From Candidatus Thorarchaeota archaeon (GTDB lineage Archaea; Asgardarchaeota; Heimdallarchaeia; Hodarchaeales; Hodarchaeaceae): a stretch of 32,000 bases of DNA. Location of the stretch: positions 450,001 through 482,000 of the forward strand of contig JBHLRO010000001.1 of the NCBI GenBank assembly GCA_048882505.1. Reading direction: 5' to 3'. Made by a program: the position numbers and the translations under genes. Shown here piece by piece: positions 8,704 through 17,709 of this stretch. Position 1 is the first letter of the stretch. The number at the start of each line of letters is the position of its first letter. Under the pieces are notes generated by a model. It was not told where the DNA came from. It saw only the letters and a program-made list of their open reading frames with translations, and did not search any database.

Positions 8704-10138
8704 AGTGGGTAAGGTTTCGGACGATATTCTTCTAGGCCCTTTGAAGCAGGATAAAGAAACTGAAAAAACATTTGTAAAGGCATTCATTGCTTACTGGAAA
8801 ATCATCAGAGAACATCTTGTCACTGATCTTACTCAGGTTACTTTCAAGTGCAAGTTATTGTACCATACATTTACAAAACCATTCATTGAACAGTGGGAAG
8901 AGCGAGTACCAATCATCTCCACTAGTGATGAATATATCAGAGACTACCATTCATTCGAGTTAACGGTACGGGCTGGAGCTCATATTCTTATACCGCACAA
9001 ACTCGTTGTCTACGAATCCATGCGGCCTTTTGGGAAACTTTATCACCATATTGAGAGAATTTCTACCATAAAAGAACTCCTTTTTTTTTTGGAACGATCG
9101 TGTCGTGAAATCAGCTTCCCCTTAAACAAAAGTGATGTCATCATTATCAGAAAATTAACCTCACGAGGATTTATTGGCTCCTCTAGGAAGATACCTACAT
9201 TTAAAAAACTCGCAGAGATTTGTGGGGTTCATAAAAATACAATAGCAAGACATTTCCCTAAAATGATCGATTCTTACATTCTTAGTATTATCTATAAGGT
9301 TGATCCGAGTATTGCGGGGTATGAAACTTTTGTAATCATTGACCAAGGTGAAGACCCAGAGGTAGAAGAGATAGATTACATCCTGGCAATGAATCCTTAC
9401 GAAAAAAATTTGGCTGACTACCGTTTAACCATCTTTCAGCTACCCCAAAAAAAGAGTGCCCTCTTCCATCGGATAAAAACGAAATCTAATACAATTTTAT
9501 TCCAATCTCTCTCCAATGAATACATTGGTTGGAACTTACGCTCCTTAACTACCAAATCGAAGGGCAGATGGGAATTCTTACCTCCTATTTTATCTGTGCA
9601 TTCTTGGGATGAAAGAATTAGAGGATTTACAAACGGAGTAACTCTGAACCTTCAGCCCTACCACCAAACGCCCCATCTTACACCTTTAGACAAGAAGATG
9701 CTGGATTTTTATGCGATTCATAACATGCTTGAAGATATCGAAGTCGCTAAAAAACTTAATGTCTCTGAAAAGTATGTTCGTCAGAGTAGAGTTCGAATCA
9801 TTAAAGAAGGTTTGATTAAATTATTCGTTGATGTCTCAAATATTGGGGTCACATATAAGCCTTGGATAACCATTATTGGAGAACGAGGGGTCGCCCATTA
9901 TAATATCCTCTGGCAAGTCCTCGAGCACCTAAAGTTTTTTCCGTTTGCACGGTTATTTTATGATTTCAATGGTCCGACACAGATCATTACAGGTTATATG
10001 TATATGCCTGAACATTGGGTAAATGATTTTTTGTATAAATGGTCCGAGCTTACTCAGTATGGTTTAAGAACCGAAATCAACCTGTCATATTCCCGATTCA
10101 TCAAATGGAGTGTTAACATAACACGTACCAATCAGTAA
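8696..10138 (+). CDS. Putative transcriptional regulator with two Lrp/AsnC-like winged-HTH modules
   Basis: HTH1: IPTFKKLAEICGVHKNTIARHF. HTH2: LTPLDKKMLDFY...DIEVAKKLNVSEKYVRQSRVRIIKEGLIK. Each is followed by an alpha/beta segment. Confidence 0.7.
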   Translation: MRRVGKVSDDILLGPLKQDKETEKTFVKAFIAYWKIIREHLVTDLTQVTFKCKLLYHTFTKPFIEQWEERVPIISTSDEYIRDYHSFELTVRAGAHILIPHKLVVYESMRPFGKLYHHIERISTIKELLFFLERSCREISFPLNKSDVIIIRKLTSRGFIGSSRKIPTFKKLAEICGVHKNTIARHFPKMIDSYILSIIYKVDPSIAGYETFVIIDQGEDPEVEEIDYILAMNPYEKNLADYRLTIFQLPQKKSALFHRIKTKSNTILFQSLSNEYIGWNLRSLTTKSKGRWEFLPPILSVHSWDERIRGFTNGVTLNLQPYHQTPHLTPLDKKMLDFYAIHNMLEDIEVAKKLNVSEKYVRQSRVRIIKEGLIKLFVDVSNIGVTYKPWITIIGERGVAHYNILWQVLEHLKFFPFARLFYDFNGPTQIITGYMYMPEHWVNDFLYKWSELTQYGLRTEINLSYSRFIKWSVNITRTNQ

Positions 10139-10309
10139 ATCTAAGAGGAGGACATTTCATTAATATATGCAATGTTCTACTTTTTTTGATAGGTTATTAC
10201 TCCGATGATCCTCTACTGTCTTCTGTAACAATTGTTAAAAGACTCCACTTATGATTCGATCAAAAAAGCAAGTACAATATATATGATTCTTAGTCATAAC
10301 GTCATTATA

Positions 10310-10405
10310 TCTTATTTATAGATACCAAATTTCCAAAATTCTGGGGTACAGGAAAGTCGTTACCCCTTCATGTAGCAGTAGTTGGTAGGTTTTACCTGAC
10401 CTACC
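10310..10405 (+). promoter_or_regulatory. TATA-like box and double-hairpin leader of the micro-ORF
   Basis: TTTATA at 10315-10320; GGGGTA...TACCCC (10343-10348 / 10361-10366); GGTAGGT...ACCTACC (10384-10390 / 10399-10405), ending exactly at the ATG. Confidence 0.5.
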
Positions 10406-10549
10406 ATGTCAATTAGAGAACGAATTAGAAAACCTTCAGGCAATTCTGTTGTAAAAATCCTTCCTTGGGTTTTTATCTTCTTGCTACTAGTATTAAATAC
10501 TACTGGAGCATTAGCTCCGCCGCCGAATCCTCCTGCCGGCGGGCATTAA
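10406..10549 (+). CDS. 47-aa micro-protein: signal-peptide-like leader plus proline-rich C-terminal peptide
   Basis: MSIRERIRKPSGNSVVKILPWVFIFLLLVLNTTGALA-PPPNPPAGGH*. Basic n-region, hydrophobic h-region and A-L-A c-region; upstream TATA-like box; T-tract after the stop. Below the ORF-track length cutoff. Confidence 0.65.
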   Translation: MSIRERIRKPSGNSVVKILPWVFIFLLLVLNTTGALAPPPNPPAGGH

Positions 10550-10582
10550 CCGAGAGAATTTTTTCTTATTACCTTTCTCTGT

Positions 10583-10903
10583 TTGATACGAACAATGTCA
10601 CTTACTGAACAGCATTCCCTTAGTGCCATACGAATGTTCCTCCTTGGAATATTCATATTCACTGATTTCACCGTGACTGATTATTGCATTAGGCTCTTTG
10701 CAAGAAGTTCGATTAGAAAGGATCTAATAGACTTCTTATTAGATCAATTAAATGAAATAACGAGCTTAGAATTTTATTTAACTGTTAAAGATAAAAACAA
10801 TGAAGTGATGGATCTTTATTGTCTCTCTGATCCGTTATTTTTCTCAAAATTGTTTCAGCTAGTCAACACGGATAATGAAAAGAGTATCTTGAGAAAGTAT
10901 TGA
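10583..10903 (+). CDS. Hypothetical protein (106 aa), in the same frame as the micro-ORF
   Basis: TTG 10583 or ATG 10595 start, protein-like composition. The frame is open from the TAA at 10547-10549 to 10903. Confidence 0.45.
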   Translation: MIRTMSLTEQHSLSAIRMFLLGIFIFTDFTVTDYCIRLFARSSIRKDLIDFLLDQLNEITSLEFYLTVKDKNNEVMDLYCLSDPLFFSKLFQLVNTDNEKSILRKY

Positions 10904-11010
10904 GATATGGAGAATCACTTAGAATATCTGAAGAATACGGACACAAATCGATTGGCTGACTTATAAACAGCATAAACTGGAAATGGCAGGGGTTATGAGG
11001 TTTAAGCTTA

Positions 11011-11328
11011 ATGGATGCAAAAACAAAAAGCAAAAAGAACATATTTGGTAAAAAAGACTGCCCAATGCTTTCTTTCGTTTTGAATGGTAAAAATCGGATA
11101 ATAACATACCTCCAGCTGCTTAAGGAACCATGTTATGCCTATGAGATTGCGCGAAAGGAAAATCTGACTGTTTCAGCAGTATTAAGAACAATAAAAGACT
11201 TGAAGGAGGCCGAAGTAATTACTTGTTTGAATCCTGAAGACAGAAACAAAAAAATATATTGTTTAACCGAAAAAGCTCTACTCTTTCGAGACGAGATAAG
11301 GAATAAAGCTTTATTACAAAACCCCTGA
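11011..11328 (+). CDS. Stand-alone winged-HTH transcriptional regulator (ArsR/MarR-like)
   Basis: YAYEIARKENLTVSAVLRTIKDLKEAEVITCLNPEDRNKKIYCLTEKA gives an HTH plus wing. First gene of the ABC operon. Confidence 0.85.
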   Translation: MDAKTKSKKNIFGKKDCPMLSFVLNGKNRIITYLQLLKEPCYAYEIARKENLTVSAVLRTIKDLKEAEVITCLNPEDRNKKIYCLTEKALLFRDEIRNKALLQNP

Positions 11329-11346
11329 CGAATCAAGTGGATCCCC

Positions 11347-14172
11347 ATGGGTAAAATCAGAGGTTTATCTTGGATTGTAAAAGCCAATCTTAGAGCATCT
11401 ATGCTTTCGACCCTTGGACTGATGCTTGCTTTAATTCTGTCAACATTGGTGGTTGTAGGAACACGTTCTGCCGAGGATTTGTTACTCAAGGAATCTTTTA
11501 AGGAAAATGACATATTTTTAACCGCTACTCCTCAGTTTGATTTAACCCAAGAGATTTCTTATGATATTGTCTCAAGTTGGAACAATTCTTTCGTATCTCA
11601 ACTCTCACTCTACAATCTAGGGAACAATTTGCTTCTTAATGATCAGACATTCATTGACTGGGAATACAGCTTTCCTGGTGAAAATAGTACTTGGTTGAAT
11701 TTAAGCCCCCTACCGTTTCCTATCCTTGAAAATCTCTACAAGGTCTCAATTATCAATAGTAAACTCCCTCAAAATTTTAATGAAACCATATTAATAACAC
11801 TAAGAGACGGGAAATACAGTGATTCACTGGGAAAGACGCTTTATTTCTCTTCAAATTCATCTGCTATTATTAATGGCTTTCCTGTGAGGTTTTGGGTTAA
11901 TAATACTGTTACAGTTTCAGGGGTAGTTTTTTATGAAGATTTACCGTATTATTTGAGAGACAAATTCTATTTTTCAACTGGATCTTCCCCAACCAACAAA
12001 ATCGTATTACTAACAGATCCAGAAAGGTTTTTGGATTTTGTTCAACATTCAATTGCCAAATTGGATTTACCAGTACGATCAGCTATTGCCCACTTCACTA
12101 TATCATCTCCTTCTCTTATTATAAAGTTTCATTATTCTTTTAATTTCAGTCAGTTGAATAGAGGTCAAACCATACTGTTAAGTTCAGGCATTGAAATGCT
12201 ATCTAATGCATTGACCGAGTATCCTAGAAATCAAACGCTTTTCGTGAGTATTGGCTTTCAACATAATCTCTCGACTTTCAATAATATAATCTCGGGTATA
12301 GATCAAAGTGTTACTCTGTATTTACTGTTGGCGTTTCCAATGTTGCTAATCGCGCTATTGACGGTAAATTTCTCTTTAGAAATCATCAACCACAATAGAG
12401 CTCAAGCAATTGAGGTACTGAAAACTCGGGGGATGAAAAACCGATTAATTTTCCTGACCTTGGCAATTGAAACCTTGGTTTTATATTTCATGGCCTTCGT
12501 GGGGGCCATAATTTTAGGGATACCGCTAGCCACACTCATGTCACAATCAAACCAATTCTTAGAATTTTCAGGACCAATGCGCGTTGTTACCATCCAGGAA
12601 ATTGACTTACTACCGGTTTTTTTGTTAAATCTGGTATTTATTCTATTTGTTTTTCTTAAACCAGTAATAATAATTTCTAAATCAAAAATTGTTGAGTTAA
12701 GACATAGGAAAAAAGAAAAACCGTTCTGGCAAAAGCAAAATCTCGATCTCTTGTTATTAATCCTTGGAGTTGGTGTTTCGCTCCTTGGCCAACCATTTTT
12801 AGGGACGTACCTCGAAAATCCGTTGGTTTATCGTCCTGTCCTGCCCTTTGTCATCGTTTTATTCTTGCTGAGTCCGTTATTTCTCCTTTTAGGATTGGTT
12901 TTGCTTTTTGCGAGAGGAACTGAGCTTGCTTTAAGGAAAACAAGTGAGTTTCTGTGGGAGAAACGGGGAGGGTTACTCAGTTTGGTGCTAAAAAATCTCT
13001 ATTCAAATAATCGTCTTGCATCGAATACTGGGTTGGTTATTGGCCTAGCTACTTGCTTTTTAGTAATATTTTCGATCATTTCTGTTTCATTATCTGTATA
13101 TGAGTTCAATCGTATTATTTACGAAACGGGGTCTGATCTTTCAGTAACAGTGAGGGGTAGAGAAGAAATCGTGCAACAAATTGAGAATATTAGTTCAATT
13201 GATGGCGTGGTTGAGATTTCTGAGGCTGTTTCTTTTACGTATTCATACCCCCAGAATCCAAGTTCTTCAGCTGGCGATCTTCTAGAAGTTAATTTCATTG
13301 GCATTCAACCTAATAGTGTAGAAGTTCTTTCCTTAAGAGACTATTATTCGGGGTTCAATTTATCAGAACAGGTTTTAAACCTGGCTGATTCGTCTGTCTT
13401 AGTTAATAATCAGTTATTGGATTGGACCCGGAATGAGAATGAGCTTTTTGTCCAATTCTACAATCAAACCAGTAGAAAACCGGAGGTACTCCTACTAGAC
13501 ATTACGGGAACGTACACTTATTTTCCGTATTTCTTTGACGGAAAAACACATGCAGTTATTGGTGAGATGCGTTATATCCTGAATCTGGCTAAAGATTTGG
13601 TTTTTGATAAAAGTTCACTTGAGCATCATCTTTTTATTAAGATTACAAACCATGCTGATCCAAATTCAATAGCAGATCAAATTGCATCTTTGCTGAAGAT
13701 AGATCTAGCTCAAATAAACTCGAAATCTTCGCTTCTTGAGAATTATTGTACTTCAATTATAACTCTGTTATTCTGGATGAATGTCAATTCTATTGTATTT
13801 GCTGCAGTAGTGGCAATTGCTCTAACGATTCTACTTTATACCTCTACTAGAATTATTGTGCAGTCTGAAGAAAACGGATTGAATCGTGCTCTTGGCTTAA
13901 AACCCAGACAAAATTTTCAGCTAAGGAATCTGGAGGTTTTAACTATTCTTATAGTGGCAGTCCTATTTGGCTCTCTAATAGGTTACTTGATCGCCCGCTC
14001 ATTGATTGTAGCCACAAGTTTCTTTTTTGTCCCTCCAATCTTTCTAGTTATACCATGGAGTCAATTAAGTTTCCTCTTTCTTATAATTATTGGTGTTTCG
14101 ATAAGCTTTAACTTGATACTTCTTGCTTATTTTAGAAGAATCGAAATAACACAGCTTTTAAGAGCGATTTAG
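11347..14172 (+). CDS. ABC transporter permease, MacB/FtsX-like, duplicated (two extracellular domains and two FtsX TM blocks)
   Basis: IEVLKTRGMKNRLIFLTLAIE and NGLNRALGLKPRQNFQLRNLE are two copies of the FtsX EIxxLRAxG motif; large soluble loops; 941 aa. Confidence 0.88.
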   Translation: MGKIRGLSWIVKANLRASMLSTLGLMLALILSTLVVVGTRSAEDLLLKESFKENDIFLTATPQFDLTQEISYDIVSSWNNSFVSQLSLYNLGNNLLLNDQTFIDWEYSFPGENSTWLNLSPLPFPILENLYKVSIINSKLPQNFNETILITLRDGKYSDSLGKTLYFSSNSSAIINGFPVRFWVNNTVTVSGVVFYEDLPYYLRDKFYFSTGSSPTNKIVLLTDPERFLDFVQHSIAKLDLPVRSAIAHFTISSPSLIIKFHYSFNFSQLNRGQTILLSSGIEMLSNALTEYPRNQTLFVSIGFQHNLSTFNNIISGIDQSVTLYLLLAFPMLLIALLTVNFSLEIINHNRAQAIEVLKTRGMKNRLIFLTLAIETLVLYFMAFVGAIILGIPLATLMSQSNQFLEFSGPMRVVTIQEIDLLPVFLLNLVFILFVFLKPVIIISKSKIVELRHRKKEKPFWQKQNLDLLLLILGVGVSLLGQPFLGTYLENPLVYRPVLPFVIVLFLLSPLFLLLGLVLLFARGTELALRKTSEFLWEKRGGLLSLVLKNLYSNNRLASNTGLVIGLATCFLVIFSIISVSLSVYEFNRIIYETGSDLSVTVRGREEIVQQIENISSIDGVVEISEAVSFTYSYPQNPSSSAGDLLEVNFIGIQPNSVEVLSLRDYYSGFNLSEQVLNLADSSVLVNNQLLDWTRNENELFVQFYNQTSRKPEVLLLDITGTYTYFPYFFDGKTHAVIGEMRYILNLAKDLVFDKSSLEHHLFIKITNHADPNSIADQIASLLKIDLAQINSKSSLLENYCTSIITLLFWMNVNSIVFAAVVAIALTILLYTSTRIIVQSEENGLNRALGLKPRQNFQLRNLEVLTILIVAVLFGSLIGYLIARSLIVATSFFFVPPIFLVIPWSQLSFLFLIIIGVSISFNLILLAYFRRIEITQLLRAI

Positions 14173-14210
14173 AATGATCTTAAGTTTATTAAGGAGGGTG
14201 ATAACAAGCA

Positions 14211-14924
14211 ATGCGGAGATGTAATATGAATAATATGCTCATCGAGTGTTCAGATCTAATTAAAATCTATCCTGGAGTGATTGATGGGTTAAATGTTCCA
14301 GCCCTTAGAGGAATTGATCTCCGCATAAAGAAAGGGGCTCTAATATCTATTATTGGGCCGAGTGGGTCAGGAAAATCAACATTGATTCGATTATTAGGTG
14401 GGCTTGATAAACCTAGTTCAGGTGAGATTTGGGTAGATGGAAACCTGTTGAACAAATACGGTGAAAACCAATTGGCTGAGTATAGACAGAAGGTTGGATT
14501 TCTCTATCAAACTCCAGAAAAGAATCTGTTACCTCACCTGACCATTCTCCAAAATGTTATGTTACCAATGATGATGCTTAATGCATTTCCGAGGGAAGAA
14601 AAACATAGAGCGTTCAATTTGCTGGCGGAAGTGAGCTTAATCGGAAAAGAACAAAGAAAGCCAAATCAGCTATCAGGAGGGGAGATACAACGTGCGGGAC
14701 TTGCGGTAGCTTTAGCAAACGATCCAATAATCTTGCTAGCTGATGAACCAACTGGAGAACTTGACACCGAAAGTACTTTCAAAATCATATCATATCTCAA
14801 GTCTCTTAATGCCAAGCTAGGAATAACAACTATTGTTGCTACACATGACATACGTCTCGCAAAAAAAACTGAAATTAACTATCGATTGAAAAATGGCCGG
14901 ATAATTTATCAAGAAGAGTCCTAA
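14211..14924 (+). CDS. ABC transporter ATP-binding protein (LolD/MacB-type)
   Basis: Walker [36 protein letters not shown]; SD GGAGGGTGA upstream. Confidence 0.95.
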   Translation: MRRCNMNNMLIECSDLIKIYPGVIDGLNVPALRGIDLRIKKGALISIIGPSGSGKSTLIRLLGGLDKPSSGEIWVDGNLLNKYGENQLAEYRQKVGFLYQTPEKNLLPHLTILQNVMLPMMMLNAFPREEKHRAFNLLAEVSLIGKEQRKPNQLSGGEIQRAGLAVALANDPIILLADEPTGELDTESTFKIISYLKSLNAKLGITTIVATHDIRLAKKTEINYRLKNGRIIYQEES

Positions 14925-14928
14925 CCAA

Positions 14929-15633
14929 ATGTCACAACTCCAACCATCAAAATTTCTACAAGCCAGAGATTTGGTTAAAATATATTCCAAAGGGGAAGAG
15001 ACTGTTCGAGCTGTAAATGGTATTACGCTCGATATTCACGAAAATTCGTTTACTGTTATTATGGGGCCGTCCGGTTCTGGAAAATCGACATTTTTAAACA
15101 TGTTAAGTGGATTGGAACGGCCAACAGCGGGTACAGTTCTGTTGGCGGGCAAAAATATAACTAAAATGACGCAGACGCAGCTTTGTGAGATCCGAAGACA
15201 TACGGTTGGCATTGTTTTTCAATTTGTGTATATGCACGATGGTTTGACCGCAATTCAAAACATCGAATATCCTATGATGATTGCTGGGATAGACAAACCT
15301 AACAGTAGAAGAAGAGCTCAAAAATTGATTAGATTTGTTGGTTTGGAGGAGAAAAGCGGATTTTTACCCCATCACCTGAGTGGAGGAGAACAGCAACGCA
15401 TCGGAATTGCCCGCGCTTTAGCTAATGATCCCCCGATCATTATTGCTGATGAACCGACGGGAAACCTTGATACTCAAACTGCTAAGAATACCATTAATAT
15501 CCTTTTGAACTTGGTTGAAAACGAAAATAAAACTGTGGTCATGGTTACGCATGATGAAGAAGTCCTCTCTCCAAAGATGCATCAACTCGTTATGAATGAT
15601 GGCAAGATATTTGGGAAAAATCCTGCAAAATAA
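14929..15633 (+). CDS. ABC transporter ATP-binding protein (LolD/MacB-type), second copy
   Basis: [39 protein letters not shown]. Confidence 0.95.
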   Translation: MSQLQPSKFLQARDLVKIYSKGEETVRAVNGITLDIHENSFTVIMGPSGSGKSTFLNMLSGLERPTAGTVLLAGKNITKMTQTQLCEIRRHTVGIVFQFVYMHDGLTAIQNIEYPMMIAGIDKPNSRRRAQKLIRFVGLEEKSGFLPHHLSGGEQQRIGIARALANDPPIIIADEPTGNLDTQTAKNTINILLNLVENENKTVVMVTHDEEVLSPKMHQLVMNDGKIFGKNPAK

Positions 15634-15671
15634 AAGAGTACCACAACAAATTAAACCACGAGACTCTAGGG

Positions 15672-16763
15672 ATGAAAATCTGTGGTTTAGATGTCCATTA
15701 ATCCCTTTGCTGATGCACTTTCGTGATTAAACGGGGCTGAACTATGAATACTCCCTTCCTCGAAGGATCTAAGGCCTCTAAACCCCCTAGCAAGTCTTGC
15801 ATGACCATCAGGTGACTAAAATGGTCATGAAATATACTAATACCTATTAAATTCCTGACCATCAAATGTTTGCTGACCACATTGAGTGTTGTACGAGTAA
15901 CGTGTACCAACGCAAAGTTTTAGACAAACCTAAGATGGGTGACCATGATGTCCAAAATTTAGCTCAGTAGAACCCGCTGAATATAGTAAGAACATATTTT
16001 GTCCCTTCCCCCCTATTTATGAGTTTTAGCAATCGGTACGGCTCGGAATCAACTTTTTCAACAAAAAACGGCCATTGTAAGGTAGCTGAAGGCAGTTTTG
16101 GAACATACTATACCTGAGATTACCCAAGAGTCGAAAGATCTTAACGGGGAATGTTTTCAAACCTTTTTACAGCAGCGAGGAAACCCAAACAAACTAAAGT
16201 TGAACTAGAAGCACGTGTAAGAGCAGACTTAGAGGGGATAATTACTATGTCGAAAGGTCTAGGTCACTGGTGGTGACAACCCCCATCCTCTCCCATTTGG
16301 TACCCACAGAAATTACATCTTAAACGATATGATTTCATGACAACTGGGCTGAGCGATCTGGAGGAGCAGATCCACATTAAAGTCACGGAAACTGGATTGA
16401 AAAGGGTAGTGGAACTCCTGGCTTCAATTCCAGGTCTGGGCTATCTTATCGCGGTGGCGGCGGCCTGTGAGCTCGGCGGAATGACTTAAGAGGGCATGCG
16501 AAGCAGCCGCGAGCTGTGGGCTGACACCGCGTATGCATGGATCTGTTGGACGGCTTTACGCAGCTGGAATTACGAATTATAGGCAAAATGGTGCTTATCG
16601 GGCGTTGTATATTGCCTATGAAACTGTGATCCACTTTATCCCTGAACTATCAGTATTTTACCAGGGAATTAAAACTGGGCGACATGGACTGCTCGCTATG
16701 GCTGCACCGTGCCGAAAACTGGTCTCGTTGTGATGGGTTTTCTGGTGAAAACAAGAGAAATAG
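15672..16763 (+). pseudogene. Decayed IS110-family (DEDD) transposase/recombinase
   Basis: Colinear fragments across frameshifts and stops: MKICGLDVH* (15672), VTKMVMKYTNTY*IP, KMGDHDVQNLAQ, TARNQLFQQKTAIVR*LKAVLEHTIPE, LLASIPGLGYLIAVAAACELG (about 16400-16480), AASCGLTPR...GITNYRQNGAYRALYIA, FYQ...AMAAPCRKLV. Confidence 0.85.
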
Positions 16764-16915
16764 TGTTAATACCCTTGTATTAGTCAAAAATTGCATTATA
16801 GTTTTCAAGAAATCTCCATATTTTGCCGGAGAATCTATCCATCCCCAAATTCCGAGGAACAATGAAAAAAAGGAATAGAGAAAAAAATTAATGAGGATAA
16901 TATTTCTTTTCCTAT

Positions 16916-17629
16916 CTAGGAGTGGCTAAGGGTCCAACCTTGCCATTGGTGATATTGAGTGTCGTGTTCCCAAAAGTCAATGGCGTTGGCCCACGGGAAT
17001 GCAATTCCAGTGTAATATCGGTACTGCACATAGACATAATAGTCCGTATTGGCACTCAATGAAGAAGACACTGTTTTAGTTTCAGTGTCACCTTGCCATG
17101 ATTGAGTATCGTCATACGTTTGTGTAGTCGTGAAAATGGTAGATGTACCCCGTTTTAGTTTATAGGTAATTTCTAGCCAAACGTTCAGATTCTGCGTTCC
17201 AACTGAAATTACCCCGTCAAAATAGGTATTAAAGTCAACACTGTAGATTCCAGCCCAGTTATCACTTGTAATGGGATCGGATGTAAGCGTGACGATGACC
17301 TGACCCCAATTAGACCATCCACCGCTAACCTTGGCAGACCAAGTTTTGTAACCCTCAATCTGACCATTATCTTTGAAACCATATGAAATTCCTTCTCCGT
17401 ATCCTGAAAAAGTAGCTAAACCGGTTTCTGAAGCAGACCATGGGACAGCAGCTACTTTCATAGCAGATGGTATCAATATTGTGGCTAAAACAATGGAGAG
17501 AAATGCCACTGTTCGTGTATTTTGCGTTTTCTGCAATATATTTTTCTCCTCGTGTATTTTTCTCGATCCAAATCTAGTCATGGATCCGTAAGGGCCCGAA
17601 ATTCTATGTTTAAAAGACATAGCTAGCAA
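16916..17629 (-). CDS. Hypothetical secreted or membrane-anchored beta-rich protein
   Basis: Basic N-region, then hydrophobic VAFLSIVLATILIPSAMKVAA, then about 185 aa rich in S/T/G/W/Y. The start could be 17629, 17620 or 17581. Confidence 0.75.
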   Translation of the reverse strand: MLAMSFKHRISGPYGSMTRFGSRKIHEEKNILQKTQNTRTVAFLSIVLATILIPSAMKVAAVPWSASETGLATFSGYGEGISYGFKDNGQIEGYKTWSAKVSGGWSNWGQVIVTLTSDPITSDNWAGIYSVDFNTYFDGVISVGTQNLNVWLEITYKLKRGTSTIFTTTQTYDDTQSWQGDTETKTVSSSLSANTDYYVYVQYRYYTGIAFPWANAIDFWEHDTQYHQWQGWTLSHS

Positions 17630-17709
17630 TGTGATTACATCAAGTCGGTCCTGGTGTTTTAGATTGTGTAAATGTCGTTACCGCCTCATTGTGCTTGCAG
17701 GAAGTTGAA

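Noticed and set aside
10343-10366. AGGAAAGTC resembling the RNase P RNA GAGGAAAGUCC motif
   Set aside because: Imperfect match, no room for a roughly 300-nt RNA, and no matching 3' P4 strand.
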